A stretch of 64,000 nt of DNA from assembly GCA_963663765.2 (NCBI GenBank), contig CAXXUA010000015.1, forward strand, positions 160,001-224,000, written 5' to 3'. Under the pieces are notes generated by a model. The model saw nothing but the letters and a program-made list of their open reading frames with translations, ran no database searches and was not told where the DNA came from. Source of the stretch: Candidatus Poribacteria bacterium (GTDB taxonomy: Bacteria; Poribacteria; WGA-4E; WGA-3G). The translations under genes were made by a program, and so were the position numbers. Positions 29,491 through 38,888 of this stretch are shown here, one piece after another. The stretch's first letter is position 1. Each line of letters starts with the position of its first letter.

Positions 29491-30003
29491 TCAGTCGTTT
29501 TCTGTAATATATTTCTGTAGTGTTTTCACTACAATATTAGCCGTTTTTTCCATTTCACCAGGTTGTTTTGAAAACAGTAACAGCCCGATTTGAGTATGAT
29601 TTATCAGATTGTGGGTTTTGCGGTTTACAAAGTCCCAGTTTGCAGTTGCTATGTGTTTTCTAAGAACACTATTGTCAAAATAACGAATGAATTGCACTGA
29701 TGCTGCGATGTTTCCCAATTTTTGTGTAGGGCTCTTTCGGGGTTCTAAGAATGCTACTGTCAAAGTGTATCTGATATCTTTATCGTATTTTAAAACTGGT
29801 TCTACATTATCAAGTATCTTGATTGCCTCAAGTAAAGCATCTTCACCGTGCTTTTTGATGCCGTCAGTTTCTGCCTTGACTTTTACATAGACCTTTATTT
29901 TTTGGGCAAGTGTCGTCTCGTTTCCAGGTATACCCTCCAAAGACAAAGTAATAAGACTTAGAGATATACTCAATATCAATAAGCCAATCAAATATTTTCG
30001 CAT
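29491..30003 (-). CDS. Hypothetical exported protein
   Basis: RBS-like GGAAGGA before MRKYLIGLLIL; N-terminal hydrophobic segment; no recognised domain. Confidence 0.6.
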   Translation of the reverse strand: MRKYLIGLLILSISLSLITLSLEGIPGNETTLAQKIKVYVKVKAETDGIKKHGEDALLEAIKILDNVEPVLKYDKDIRYTLTVAFLEPRKSPTQKLGNIAASVQFIRYFDNSVLRKHIATANWDFVNRKTHNLINHTQIGLLLFSKQPGEMEKTANIVVKTLQKYITEND

Positions 30004-30232
30004 TACGTCCTTCCTTTGTGTTGTTAGTGGGGGATTTTGCGTACCCCATTGGATGCCACATTGCAAATAAAATAGTTTGACCAGCAGACATTGTTAGTAC
30101 ATGCTTCTGCTTCGTAGATTGAATTTATGGCACTTTTTGACAATATATTTTCAAGCAATTTTCAGTAATGTGCAAAACCGAAAACTATTTATTTCGTATT
30201 TTTTAAATTTCACCATAACTGGACGAGTCCTC

Positions 30233-33193
30233 TTATTTTGCAGCACCAGACGAACTTTTGAGAATTTTATCCCAGTCCCACACAAGAATTGTGCCGTCTT
30301 GTCCCGTGCTGGCAAGTGTTTTGCCATCAGGTGAGAACACCAACGTTTGCACTGGCGCAGTGTGTCCATCAAGTGTAGTGAGTTTGTCTCCTGTTTCCGT
30401 GTCCCATAACTCAATTCTATGATTATTAAGTCCAGCAACAAGGATGCGATTGTCTGGTGAAAATATAAATGCTTCAACCGTTTTAACACTTTGGGACACT
30501 TCCTTAAAAGTGATAGGTTCCTTAATTTCAATCAAACGGATTTGTTTGAGAGTTGACATAGCAAGCAAATTGCCATTTGGCGAGAATGCCAGTGTATCAA
30601 TACTTTCCTTATAATAGATGCCACTGTTATCAGATTTGCCGCTGAATACCGGTTCCTCTCCAGTAAAAAGAAGTGTTAACAGAACTCCAGTTTTCGCATC
30701 CCACATCTGCACTTTTCCGTCCTTGGTTCCACTGACAAGTTTTTTACCGTCTGGTGAAAAAACTAAAGCATTGATTTTAGACTTAATCTTTCGCTCTCGC
30801 TTTCGCTTGCGCTTAATGTTCTGATATGAGAGGGATATATCAGGGAGAGATATATCAGTAGTCTCACCTGTCTCTGTATTCCATAGGCAAATCTCACCAG
30901 ATGTACCGAATGCCACCGTTTTTCCATCAGGTGAAAAAGTCACGGGTGATGCATAACCTTCTTTCGCAGCCAAAGTCTGCAACTCACGTCCTGTCCTAAC
31001 ATCACTCAGACGAACCAGTGGGAAAGCACTATTACCTTTTATTACATTTACACCGGAGCTGGCGAACTTTGTCCCATCAGGTGAAAACGCTGAAGTCGAT
31101 ACCATCCAATCTCTATGGCTTTCTGGGTAGAAATTGATTTTTTGTAAGGCATTCGAACCTGTTTTTTGTGATGTTTTCGCATCCCAAATGCTAATTACCT
31201 GATCATAAGCGACACTTGCAAGCGTGGTGTTATCTTTAAAGAAAGTTACTGCTTCCACCTCCATTGTGTGTCCGGTGATGCGTGTGGGTAATAGATTCCC
31301 ATTATTGATATTCCAAAATCGGACTGTGCCATCTGCACTTCCACTGGCAAGTGTGCGATTATCTGGTGAAAACATTAAAGCATTGATGCCGCCAGTATGA
31401 CCTGTGAAAGTTGTGATAGGTTCACCAGTGGCGATATCCCACAATTGCACTGTCTTATCTCTCCCTCCGCTGGCAAGCATTTTTCCATCCGATGAGAATG
31501 CTAACGCGTTGACCCACCCCGTGTGCTTGTCAAGGTAAATAGATTCCTTGCTGTTGATATCCCATAATTGTAATGGAACTATTTCATTATTATTTTTACC
31601 TGCACTCGCGAGACGGGTGCCATCAGGTGAAAATTCCAAGGCTAAAAGAGATATGTTTCCCTTGAGTGTAAACAGTATTTTGCCGGGTATTTTGCCGGTT
31701 GTTGTGTCCCACACCTCAATCTTGGTTCCTACGCCAATTGCAAATTTATCATGTGTGAGCGCATAGCATCCAGGATCAACGAACTTCCCTGGGTGTATCT
31801 GTCCTTCAATATGTTTCCACATTCCTTTGCCGGTTTCAACATCCAGCCGGCTGAATGAGTCTCCCTCGTCACCCAAAGCAAAAAGTGTTTTGCCATCTGC
31901 AGAGAACCGTAATTCTGAAGCATTCGGCAAAAAACGAGTGAGTTGCATTTTCTGACCGGTAACTACTTCCCACAACTGCAGTCCCATTGAGTAAAACCGG
32001 GTTCCCTTTCTGCGTAAACTGCCAATACTACCTGCAAGGAAGCGTCCGTGTGGAGAAAATGCGATGGATTCGTACTTACCGGGGAACATGGATACTTCTT
32101 TACCTGTTTTCGCATCATATAGCCACAAACCGATATCACTGCCTACCGCGAGTTGCCTACCATTTGGTGAGAATTGTAGCACATTTATCCCACCTTTTCC
32201 CAAGCGCGCTTTCGCCGCTTTCGGTAACTGCCATTGTGTGTAATCTTCCACTATTTCGTCTGCTTGTCCATCTGTATTTGCTGGAGAGGTATCATTAGCT
32301 TGCTGTTCAGGATTATTGATTTTACTCTGAGCGTTAGCACTTTCTATTTGCGTCCGAGCATCTGACTTGGATTCTAAGTTTGCAACTATAGGTGCGTCAA
32401 CGATCTCAACTGTCATTTCTGAGGTAGCATCGAGACTATAAGGTTGCTGAAAACGCGTTAAGTATTTACTATTTCCAAAACCGAGTATGAGCAACACTAC
32501 TACTAACGTGGAAGCTGCAACTACCCACGGCACTAACGGTTTACTGCTTGACGGTGTTGCGGGTTTGGTCCTTGAAATTTTTCGCATGATGGTTTCCGTG
32601 AGATTTGGTGAGATTTTGAAATTGTCTAAAGCTTCTCTTATCATTGTTTCCTCCTTTTGTAAACGCTGCTGTGCGCGGCGGAGCCGACTCTTCACCGTAT
32701 TTGCTGATACGCCTAAAAATGCCCCTATCTCTGTGCACGACATTTCTCCGAAGTAATGCAACGTTAAAACAGTGCGTTCACTTTCCGCAAGTTTCGCAAG
32801 CAGTTTTTTGACGACATCGCGTTGAGTTACTGCGGTGATCCGTTCATTTTCTGATATTACATGTTCAGAATAAGTTGTCTTTTCAATTTGCACTTCATCT
32901 ATATCCTGCGCTAATTTTGCCCGTCGATACCGTTTACGTAGCCACGTGTTACAAAGACTCGTGGCTATCACATATAACCAACTTGAAAGACGTTTTGGTT
33001 GCTTTAACGTTCCAAGTTTCTGATATGCTTTCAGAAATGTATCTTGTGTAATCTCTTCGGCTATGTGGAAATCTCCGATTTTCCGCCATGCAAGCGCGTG
33101 AACCTGTTTTTGATATTTTTTCAAAAGTTCCGCAAAGGCAGTATCATCGCCATCAAGAGTACGGTGAATTAATTGCGTGTCGTTGTTTTTCAT
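30233..33193 (-). CDS. ECF sigma factor fused to a TM helix and WD40 beta-propellers
   Basis: GGAGGTGA RBS; same sigma2/sigma4/TM architecture as 24185-27100; WD40 repeats. Confidence 0.92.
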   Translation of the reverse strand: MKNNDTQLIHRTLDGDDTAFAELLKKYQKQVHALAWRKIGDFHIAEEITQDTFLKAYQKLGTLKQPKRLSSWLYVIATSLCNTWLRKRYRRAKLAQDIDEVQIEKTTYSEHVISENERITAVTQRDVVKKLLAKLAESERTVLTLHYFGEMSCTEIGAFLGVSANTVKSRLRRAQQRLQKEETMIREALDNFKISPNLTETIMRKISRTKPATPSSSKPLVPWVVAASTLVVVLLILGFGNSKYLTRFQQPYSLDATSEMTVEIVDAPIVANLESKSDARTQIESANAQSKINNPEQQANDTSPANTDGQADEIVEDYTQWQLPKAAKARLGKGGINVLQFSPNGRQLAVGSDIGLWLYDAKTGKEVSMFPGKYESIAFSPHGRFLAGSIGSLRRKGTRFYSMGLQLWEVVTGQKMQLTRFLPNASELRFSADGKTLFALGDEGDSFSRLDVETGKGMWKHIEGQIHPGKFVDPGCYALTHDKFAIGVGTKIEVWDTTTGKIPGKILFTLKGNISLLALEFSPDGTRLASAGKNNNEIVPLQLWDINSKESIYLDKHTGWVNALAFSSDGKMLASGGRDKTVQLWDIATGEPITTFTGHTGGINALMFSPDNRTLASGSADGTVRFWNINNGNLLPTRITGHTMEVEAVTFFKDNTTLASVAYDQVISIWDAKTSQKTGSNALQKINFYPESHRDWMVSTSAFSPDGTKFASSGVNVIKGNSAFPLVRLSDVRTGRELQTLAAKEGYASPVTFSPDGKTVAFGTSGEICLWNTETGETTDISLPDISLSYQNIKRKRKRERKIKSKINALVFSPDGKKLVSGTKDGKVQMWDAKTGVLLTLLFTGEEPVFSGKSDNSGIYYKESIDTLAFSPNGNLLAMSTLKQIRLIEIKEPITFKEVSQSVKTVEAFIFSPDNRILVAGLNNHRIELWDTETGDKLTTLDGHTAPVQTLVFSPDGKTLASTGQDGTILVWDWDKILKSSSGAAK

Positions 33194-33218
33194 GGATCAC
33201 CTCCGATATTACACTATA

Positions 33219-33248
33219 GTGACGTTATGAAACAGTGAATCGGGTGCA
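33219..33248 (-). promoter_or_regulatory. Putative autoregulated ECF promoter TGCACCC-N17-CGTCAC
   Basis: Boxes identical to those at 27148-27177, about 25 nt upstream of the start codon. Confidence 0.7.
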
Positions 33249-33288
33249 TAATTCTGTAATAGGAGTGTGTTTGTATAAGAGAGTCTAT

Positions 33289-33319
33289 TAGGTTGGGTTG
33301 AGGAACAATACCCAACCTA
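33289..33319. repeat. REP-like hairpin at a gene end (possible terminator)
   Basis: 10-bp stem TAGGTTGGGT / ACCCAACCTA overlapping the stop of the 33317 gene. Confidence 0.55.
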
Positions 33320-34129
33320 TGGATTGACTGACACTACATCGGCATATACATAGGTTGGAGTTTTGATATTGCTACTGTGGATTTTATCATCCGCATCTTT
33401 GGCAGCAGAGACGATTTCCCTCTTGACGATTCTACCCGGTTTTGCTGCAACGGGTGAACTGAACATCGGTCCATCAATAACGCATGTATGGAACTCGCCG
33501 TTTTCACCGAGCGGGTCCACGCTATGAGGTAAGTCAGCAAGCAGATCAGCATCAAACCATCGTCCTGCGAAGTCTGCAGGTAGTTTTGTAGGATTTAGTG
33601 ATGTAATAATTGCTCGCAAACCAGACGCGATCATCTTTTTTGCGAGTAGAGTCGTATCCTCACCCCATACCGGAAAAATCGGTGTGAAGCCAGTGCCCTT
33701 CAGTTTCTCCTCGCGATAGGCGCGGATGTCTTCAAGGAATAGATCACCGAAAGCAAAATGTGATACTGTCATAAGCTTTGGCAAGGCTTTTATTTCATTG
33801 AGAAACTTTTGCATTGCTGCTTCGTATATCTCGTTTGAACAGGGGTATGGAATTGGTATTTCGTATAACGGTACATTGAGTTTTTCTGCTTGCTGTTTCA
33901 AGACCCATGCGGGTGTTGAGTGGATAGAGACACGGTCAAACGTCTTTGTGACGGTGGTGAAGATTCCGCGTACAACGTATCGTTCAGGCTGTTGTCGCAA
34001 TGTGTGAAGTGCCCATGCAGAATCTTTACCGGAAGACCAGGATACCATAACGGGTGTGGGTGCTGTGTTAATTGTTGTTTTTGTCATCATTAAGGTAGAA
34101 TTTATCAATTCTGTTGGTCGTTTCTCCAA
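33317..34129 (-). CDS. PP-loop ATPase, diphthine-ammonia ligase (MJ0570/Dph6)-like
   Basis: SWSSGKDS, FGDLFLEDIRAYRE and DPLGENGEFHT; start may be 34090. Confidence 0.88.
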   Translation of the reverse strand: MEKRPTELINSTLMMTKTTINTAPTPVMVSWSSGKDSAWALHTLRQQPERYVVRGIFTTVTKTFDRVSIHSTPAWVLKQQAEKLNVPLYEIPIPYPCSNEIYEAAMQKFLNEIKALPKLMTVSHFAFGDLFLEDIRAYREEKLKGTGFTPIFPVWGEDTTLLAKKMIASGLRAIITSLNPTKLPADFAGRWFDADLLADLPHSVDPLGENGEFHTCVIDGPMFSSPVAAKPGRIVKREIVSAAKDADDKIHSSNIKTPTYVYADVVSVNP

Positions 34130-35232
34130 CGTTCAAGAGGATGTTCGCGAGGTGTTATGGGCATATACACACGTTCTTTTCGTCTGTGTGATTCCCATGT
34201 TGCATGTATCATTTCAAGGCAATCACGTCCGTCCCTACCGCTCGCAAACGGTTCTCGGTCATCTTCAATTGCTTTTATGAGATCACGTAGCATGAGACGT
34301 TGTAAAAACAGCCTTTTTGAACCTCCATCTCTTTGCTTCCCTTTCTCATCAATATCTTCGTCAGGAAGATGTACTGGTTCCCATGGTTGTGCAGGTGTTT
34401 GATGTTGTCCTTTATGGATAAACATCGTTGTACCAACGCTCTCTCGTATAGCGATTCGTCCCTCAGTGCCGATGATATCTATGCCATAAGCGTTATCATT
34501 CGTTTGGGGTTGTGCAAGAAACTGAACATCTGCGTGGATGCCATTCTTGAAGCGAAAAGAGACATAGCCACGTTCTCCGAGTACAAGTCCTGAATCCCTG
34601 TCGTGCGGGTGTACCTCTTGTGTCCGTTTTATGTCATCTACGGAGGATTCGCGTCCATCCAACTGCATCAGATGTGCATGTGTCCACTCAACATCTCCAC
34701 CAAATAGACGGATCCAATCATAGAGATGCGTTCCCATTTCCATAAGTGAATTTCCTGCTTTACGACCACCCTTGTCTGTTGCTTTCATCAGGACGACATC
34801 ACCGATTTCACCTTTTTCAATCAGAGAACAAACATGTTGATTGTATAAACTGGCGCGTTTGATATGGTTTATTGCGAACTTGACACTATTTCTTTGGCTG
34901 GTTTCTACCATTTCATCAGCTTGAATAAGGTTGAGGGCGATCGGTTTTTCACAAAAAATGTGGATTCCACGTTTTGCGGCTGCAATAGTTGGTGGGTAGT
35001 GCATCGGTGCTTGAGTTGGAATGATTACGATATCTGGTTTTTGTTCGTTAAGCATCTTTTCATAGTCATCATAGATTGCGTTGACACCGAATCGTTGACT
35101 CCATGCCTTTGCTCGTGAAGGGTTGATTTCTGCACCAGCCACAAGTTCGCAGTTTGTTTCTAACTTTACGGCGGCAGCATGTTCTCCTCCCATTCCCCCT
35201 AAACCAATAATTCCAACACGGTATTTTCTCAT
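34105..35232 (-). CDS. Gfo/Idh/MocA family oxidoreductase
   Basis: VGIIGLGGMG Rossmann motif, CEKPIA and GTHLYD. Confidence 0.92.
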   Translation of the reverse strand: MRKYRVGIIGLGGMGGEHAAAVKLETNCELVAGAEINPSRAKAWSQRFGVNAIYDDYEKMLNEQKPDIVIIPTQAPMHYPPTIAAAKRGIHIFCEKPIALNLIQADEMVETSQRNSVKFAINHIKRASLYNQHVCSLIEKGEIGDVVLMKATDKGGRKAGNSLMEMGTHLYDWIRLFGGDVEWTHAHLMQLDGRESSVDDIKRTQEVHPHDRDSGLVLGERGYVSFRFKNGIHADVQFLAQPQTNDNAYGIDIIGTEGRIAIRESVGTTMFIHKGQHQTPAQPWEPVHLPDEDIDEKGKQRDGGSKRLFLQRLMLRDLIKAIEDDREPFASGRDGRDCLEMIHATWESHRRKERVYMPITPREHPLERWRNDQQN

Positions 35233-35521
35233 GTATATCTCCAAAGTTGTAATAGATATTTGTAACTATAAGTATCATAACAATTTCAGAGAGGAAGTGC
35301 AACAAAAAATAGCATGAAGGATTTTCAAAAGGTAGGAAGGGAATGACTATAGAAGCATGCTTGTTTAGCATACTTCATAATTTAGACTACTGATATGATC
35401 GCTTGCACGCATACGTACATTTCAAAATAATAACTCTGTACGTTCATGTGTTAGGTGCACTGTCATCAAAATTTATACCTCAACCCAAAACAAGATTGTG
35501 ATATAATAAAATCAATACCAA

Positions 35522-36399
35522 TTATAGTGATATCCAAAAATATGTCTACACTCACTGGTAGGTTCCAGGGTTATTTAGTTTTAAGAATTATCAGTTGATG
35601 GGTGTTACTAAAAGTTTATATCGTAGGTCGGGTAGAGCGATAGCGAAACCCGTAGGTGTCAACTTAAGAAAAAGCCAAGTGCTAAATACCCCATCCCGGT
35701 AGGCGTGCTTTGTAAGAGCGCCGATAAACACAGGATTTGCAACGGCGCGCTTACAAAGCACGCCTGCAGTTGGGGAGCGCGCTTACAAAGCACGCCTGCA
35801 GTTGGGGAGCGCGCTTACAAAGCACGCCTGCAGTTGGGGAGCGCGCTTACAAAGCACGCCTGCAGTTGGGGAGCGCGCTTACAAAGCACGCCTGCAGTTG
35901 GGGAGCGCGCTTACAAAGCACGCCTGCAGTTGGGGAGCGCGCTTACAAAGCACGCCTGCAGTTGGGGAGCGCGCTTACAAAGCACGCCTGCAGTTGGGGA
36001 GCGCGCTTACAAAGCACGCCTGCAGTTGGGGAGCGCGCTTACAAAGCACGCCTGCAGTTGGGGAGCGCGCTTACAAAGCACGCCTACCTTGAGTGAGAAA
36101 ATCGGGGTTTCAAGGTTTCCCTCTTACAATAATATGAACCGCTAAGTTGACACCTATGGGTAGAGCGATAGCGAAACCCGACATGACAACTACAATCAAT
36201 ACATGTCGGGTTTCGCTATCGCTCTACCCGACCTACGCATCTAATTCACGAATGTTATAAATATATGCAAAAACTACTAAAACTAAATAACCCTGGATAG
36301 GTTCGGTTTCTAACCAATGCAGAATACCATGCGCGTATTCTGCATTGGTTAGAAACCGAACCTAACGTCGTGTTGAAGTAATTATGGATTTTACTATAA
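35522..36399. mobile_element. Nested MITE/REP composite (three TIR pairs and three REP families)
   Basis: TIR pairs at 35522/36399, 35566/36295 (9-bp TSD GGTAGGTTC/GATAGGTTC) and 35653/36156 (flanked by a 23-bp duplication). Confidence 0.85.
35745..36088. repeat. Perfect 32-bp tandem array (10 full units plus a terminal core) of an inverted GTAG-REP
   Basis: GCGCGCTTACAAAGCACGCCTGCAGTTGGGGA every 32 bp from 35745 to 36065; opposite-orientation copy at about 35698-35722. Confidence 0.95.
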
Positions 36400-36472
36400 A
36401 CTTCCTAATCACTTTCCGAGGAGGTTGCGAAAGTCCTCAAAAGAGTTCAGTAATTCGAAATTATGACATTAA

Positions 36473-36502
36473 TGCAACCTTTCCACTGCATAAACGCGTC
36501 AC
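36473..36502 (+). promoter_or_regulatory. Putative ECF-target promoter TGCAACC-N17-CGTCAC upstream of the WD40 array
   Basis: One mismatch to the ECF upstream motif, identical spacing, oriented toward 36788. Confidence 0.55.
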
Positions 36503-36787
36503 CTAATATTGTATGCTTATAGTAAAGCATACAAAAACTCGGACATTTCTGTAACACAATGTGTTAGGTTGTGCAGAAACGGAACACAGCCTAACAGGAT
36601 TTGCTACAACACATGCAGTCCGTTAGCTTGCTAAACGCATAGCTCAAAGTTTCAGGTAATTCTAAAATCTTCTATAATATTGTGTCATAAAGGAATTCAA
36701 ATGTTATTTTTTAAAAGTCCTTTCTTTTGTAGCGTTGGAATAATACAACCATTATCTATCAACGAGTTCATTTAAGGAGAATAGACA

Positions 36788-38800
36788 TTGAAGATAGTGT
36801 TTTTACAAGTGATCATAGTAATCTTCGTTTTTTTACCATGGTGTTCTGTATCTTTAGCACAAGACTACATGGAAAAATATCTTCCAAAAGATGCAATTGC
36901 ACGGTTTGGAAAAGGATTTGCATTTGATTATGCATATTCACCCGACGGAAAAAAAATTGCAGTGGCAAGTACAATCGGTGTTTGGCTATATGATACAGAA
37001 ACAAAGTTAGAAAAGAATTTCTTGACAGGTCATAAAGGGTATGTAAAGGATGTTATTTTTAATCCAAATGGAGAAACTTTCGTGACCATTGGAGGTGGCG
37101 TTCTAAATTCACCCTATGACCCTGCAGAAGCAAAACTTTGGAATTTGAAATCTGAAGAACTCATTTCATATCTTATTGAAGTTACAGATCCAGTTGATGA
37201 ATCTAAAATCAGTAGTGTCGTTTTTAGTCCTGACGGTAAAACGGTTGCAATTGCACTTAACGATTCTACTATCCGGTTATTTGATGGAATTACTGGAGAA
37301 CCTAAGTCAACCATCAAAGGACATAGATATCAAGTATTGATGTTCAGTCCAGACAGCAAAACACTTGCTTGTGGTAGTGGGGAAATGATCCGATTGTTAG
37401 ATGTTACCACAGGTGTACTACAGACAGAATTTGCAGCACATGCAAATAGTGTAAAGTCCATTAATTACTCAGCAGATGCCAAAATGATTGTAAGTCATGG
37501 AGAGGATAGTAATGTAATTATGTGGGATGCTGAAACAGGTGCGTTCTTGAGCATATATAAGTCAAATATGAAAGAGATTTCATCTGTCGACTATTCAAGA
37601 GAAGGTAATTCGCTTGTTGTATTAGGTTCAGATAATACTATCATTTTGAGGAATACACATACTGGAGAGAAAACTAAAACTATCAATAGTGAAATTGATT
37701 TATCTGATGTACAATTCTCTCCAGATGGAAAAACTTTTGCATGTGATAATGATAATGGTACTATGCTTTTATTTGATACAACTACTGGAGGATTATTGCA
37801 TCAGCTTAAAATGCCTGGAGTAAGCAACTATGTCAGTGAATTTAAGTATTCACTCGACAGCAAAACACTTGCAGTCTATGATGGATCTGTGATATATTTC
37901 TGGGATTTAAATAGTTTTGAAATTCGTTTAACAATCACAGGATATTCTGATGTAGTTGGTGATGTGCAAATTGGTCCAAACAATAAGACATTGGTAAGTT
38001 ATGACGACATTGTGCGTATTTGGGACATAGGTGAAAATAAACTACAAAGAAAAATAGAAGCACAAGGCAATGCCAGAGCAATTGCACTTTCATCTGATGG
38101 TAAAAACTTAGCAATCGGAACTTCTGAAAATACAATTCTCCTGTGGGATGCAATTAATTGGAAACACAGTATGACTCTTGAAGGTCATACGGATACAGTG
38201 TACTTGGTTATTATTAGTCCAAATGGAAAATTGGTGGCAAGCGCAAGTTATGATGACACAATTAAAATATGGAATGTCCAAACTGGAGGGCTTCATTGTA
38301 CATTTAATGCGGATATAACAGACTCAAGGAAACTGTTGTTTTCACCTGATGGAAGATATCTGATGGGTATTGTGAAAGTAGAAGATGTTACAAAAATATG
38401 CACTTGGGACATAGAGGCTGGAGAATTAATCACTTCAACTAATACTGAAATAGATGTTGATGAATTTACCTCTATGGATTTCTCTTATGACGGATTGACT
38501 ATTGTTACAACTGATGGGAATTTAAATATACATTTTTGGAATGTTGCAACAGGTAAACGCAATAATACCTCCATTCCAAATGCCAAGGGATATTATGCAG
38601 TTCTCTCACCAGATAATAAAAGAATTGCGGTTGAATATTCTGAGAAAATAACGTTATGGGATATTGAATCAGGAGAACTTATAAAAACCTTGGAAGGACA
38701 TATATCTGATATAAATTCAATCGTCTTCTCAACAGATGGCACAAAACTTGTGAGTTGCTGTAGGGACAGCACAATAATATTGTGGGATTTAACCGATTAA
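36788..38800 (+). CDS. Secreted WD40 repeat protein
   Basis: AAGGAG RBS, TTG start, signal peptide (SLA-QD), LPKDAIARFGKG and WD40 repeats. Confidence 0.9.
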   Translation: MKIVFLQVIIVIFVFLPWCSVSLAQDYMEKYLPKDAIARFGKGFAFDYAYSPDGKKIAVASTIGVWLYDTETKLEKNFLTGHKGYVKDVIFNPNGETFVTIGGGVLNSPYDPAEAKLWNLKSEELISYLIEVTDPVDESKISSVVFSPDGKTVAIALNDSTIRLFDGITGEPKSTIKGHRYQVLMFSPDSKTLACGSGEMIRLLDVTTGVLQTEFAAHANSVKSINYSADAKMIVSHGEDSNVIMWDAETGAFLSIYKSNMKEISSVDYSREGNSLVVLGSDNTIILRNTHTGEKTKTINSEIDLSDVQFSPDGKTFACDNDNGTMLLFDTTTGGLLHQLKMPGVSNYVSEFKYSLDSKTLAVYDGSVIYFWDLNSFEIRLTITGYSDVVGDVQIGPNNKTLVSYDDIVRIWDIGENKLQRKIEAQGNARAIALSSDGKNLAIGTSENTILLWDAINWKHSMTLEGHTDTVYLVIISPNGKLVASASYDDTIKIWNVQTGGLHCTFNADITDSRKLLFSPDGRYLMGIVKVEDVTKICTWDIEAGELITSTNTEIDVDEFTSMDFSYDGLTIVTTDGNLNIHFWNVATGKRNNTSIPNAKGYYAVLSPDNKRIAVEYSEKITLWDIESGELIKTLEGHISDINSIVFSTDGTKLVSCCRDSTIILWDLTD

Positions 38801-38888
38801 TATATAAAAAGTAGAATTTAGAATTCATTGTACAGTTTCTATAGATAGTAACGATCACCGAAAAGTAGATAAAATGGAGCATACTTAA

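Noticed and set aside
35705-36145. Three overlapping repetitive ORFs
   Set aside because: Artefacts of a stop-free 32-bp tandem repeat; the same peptide cycles through all frames.
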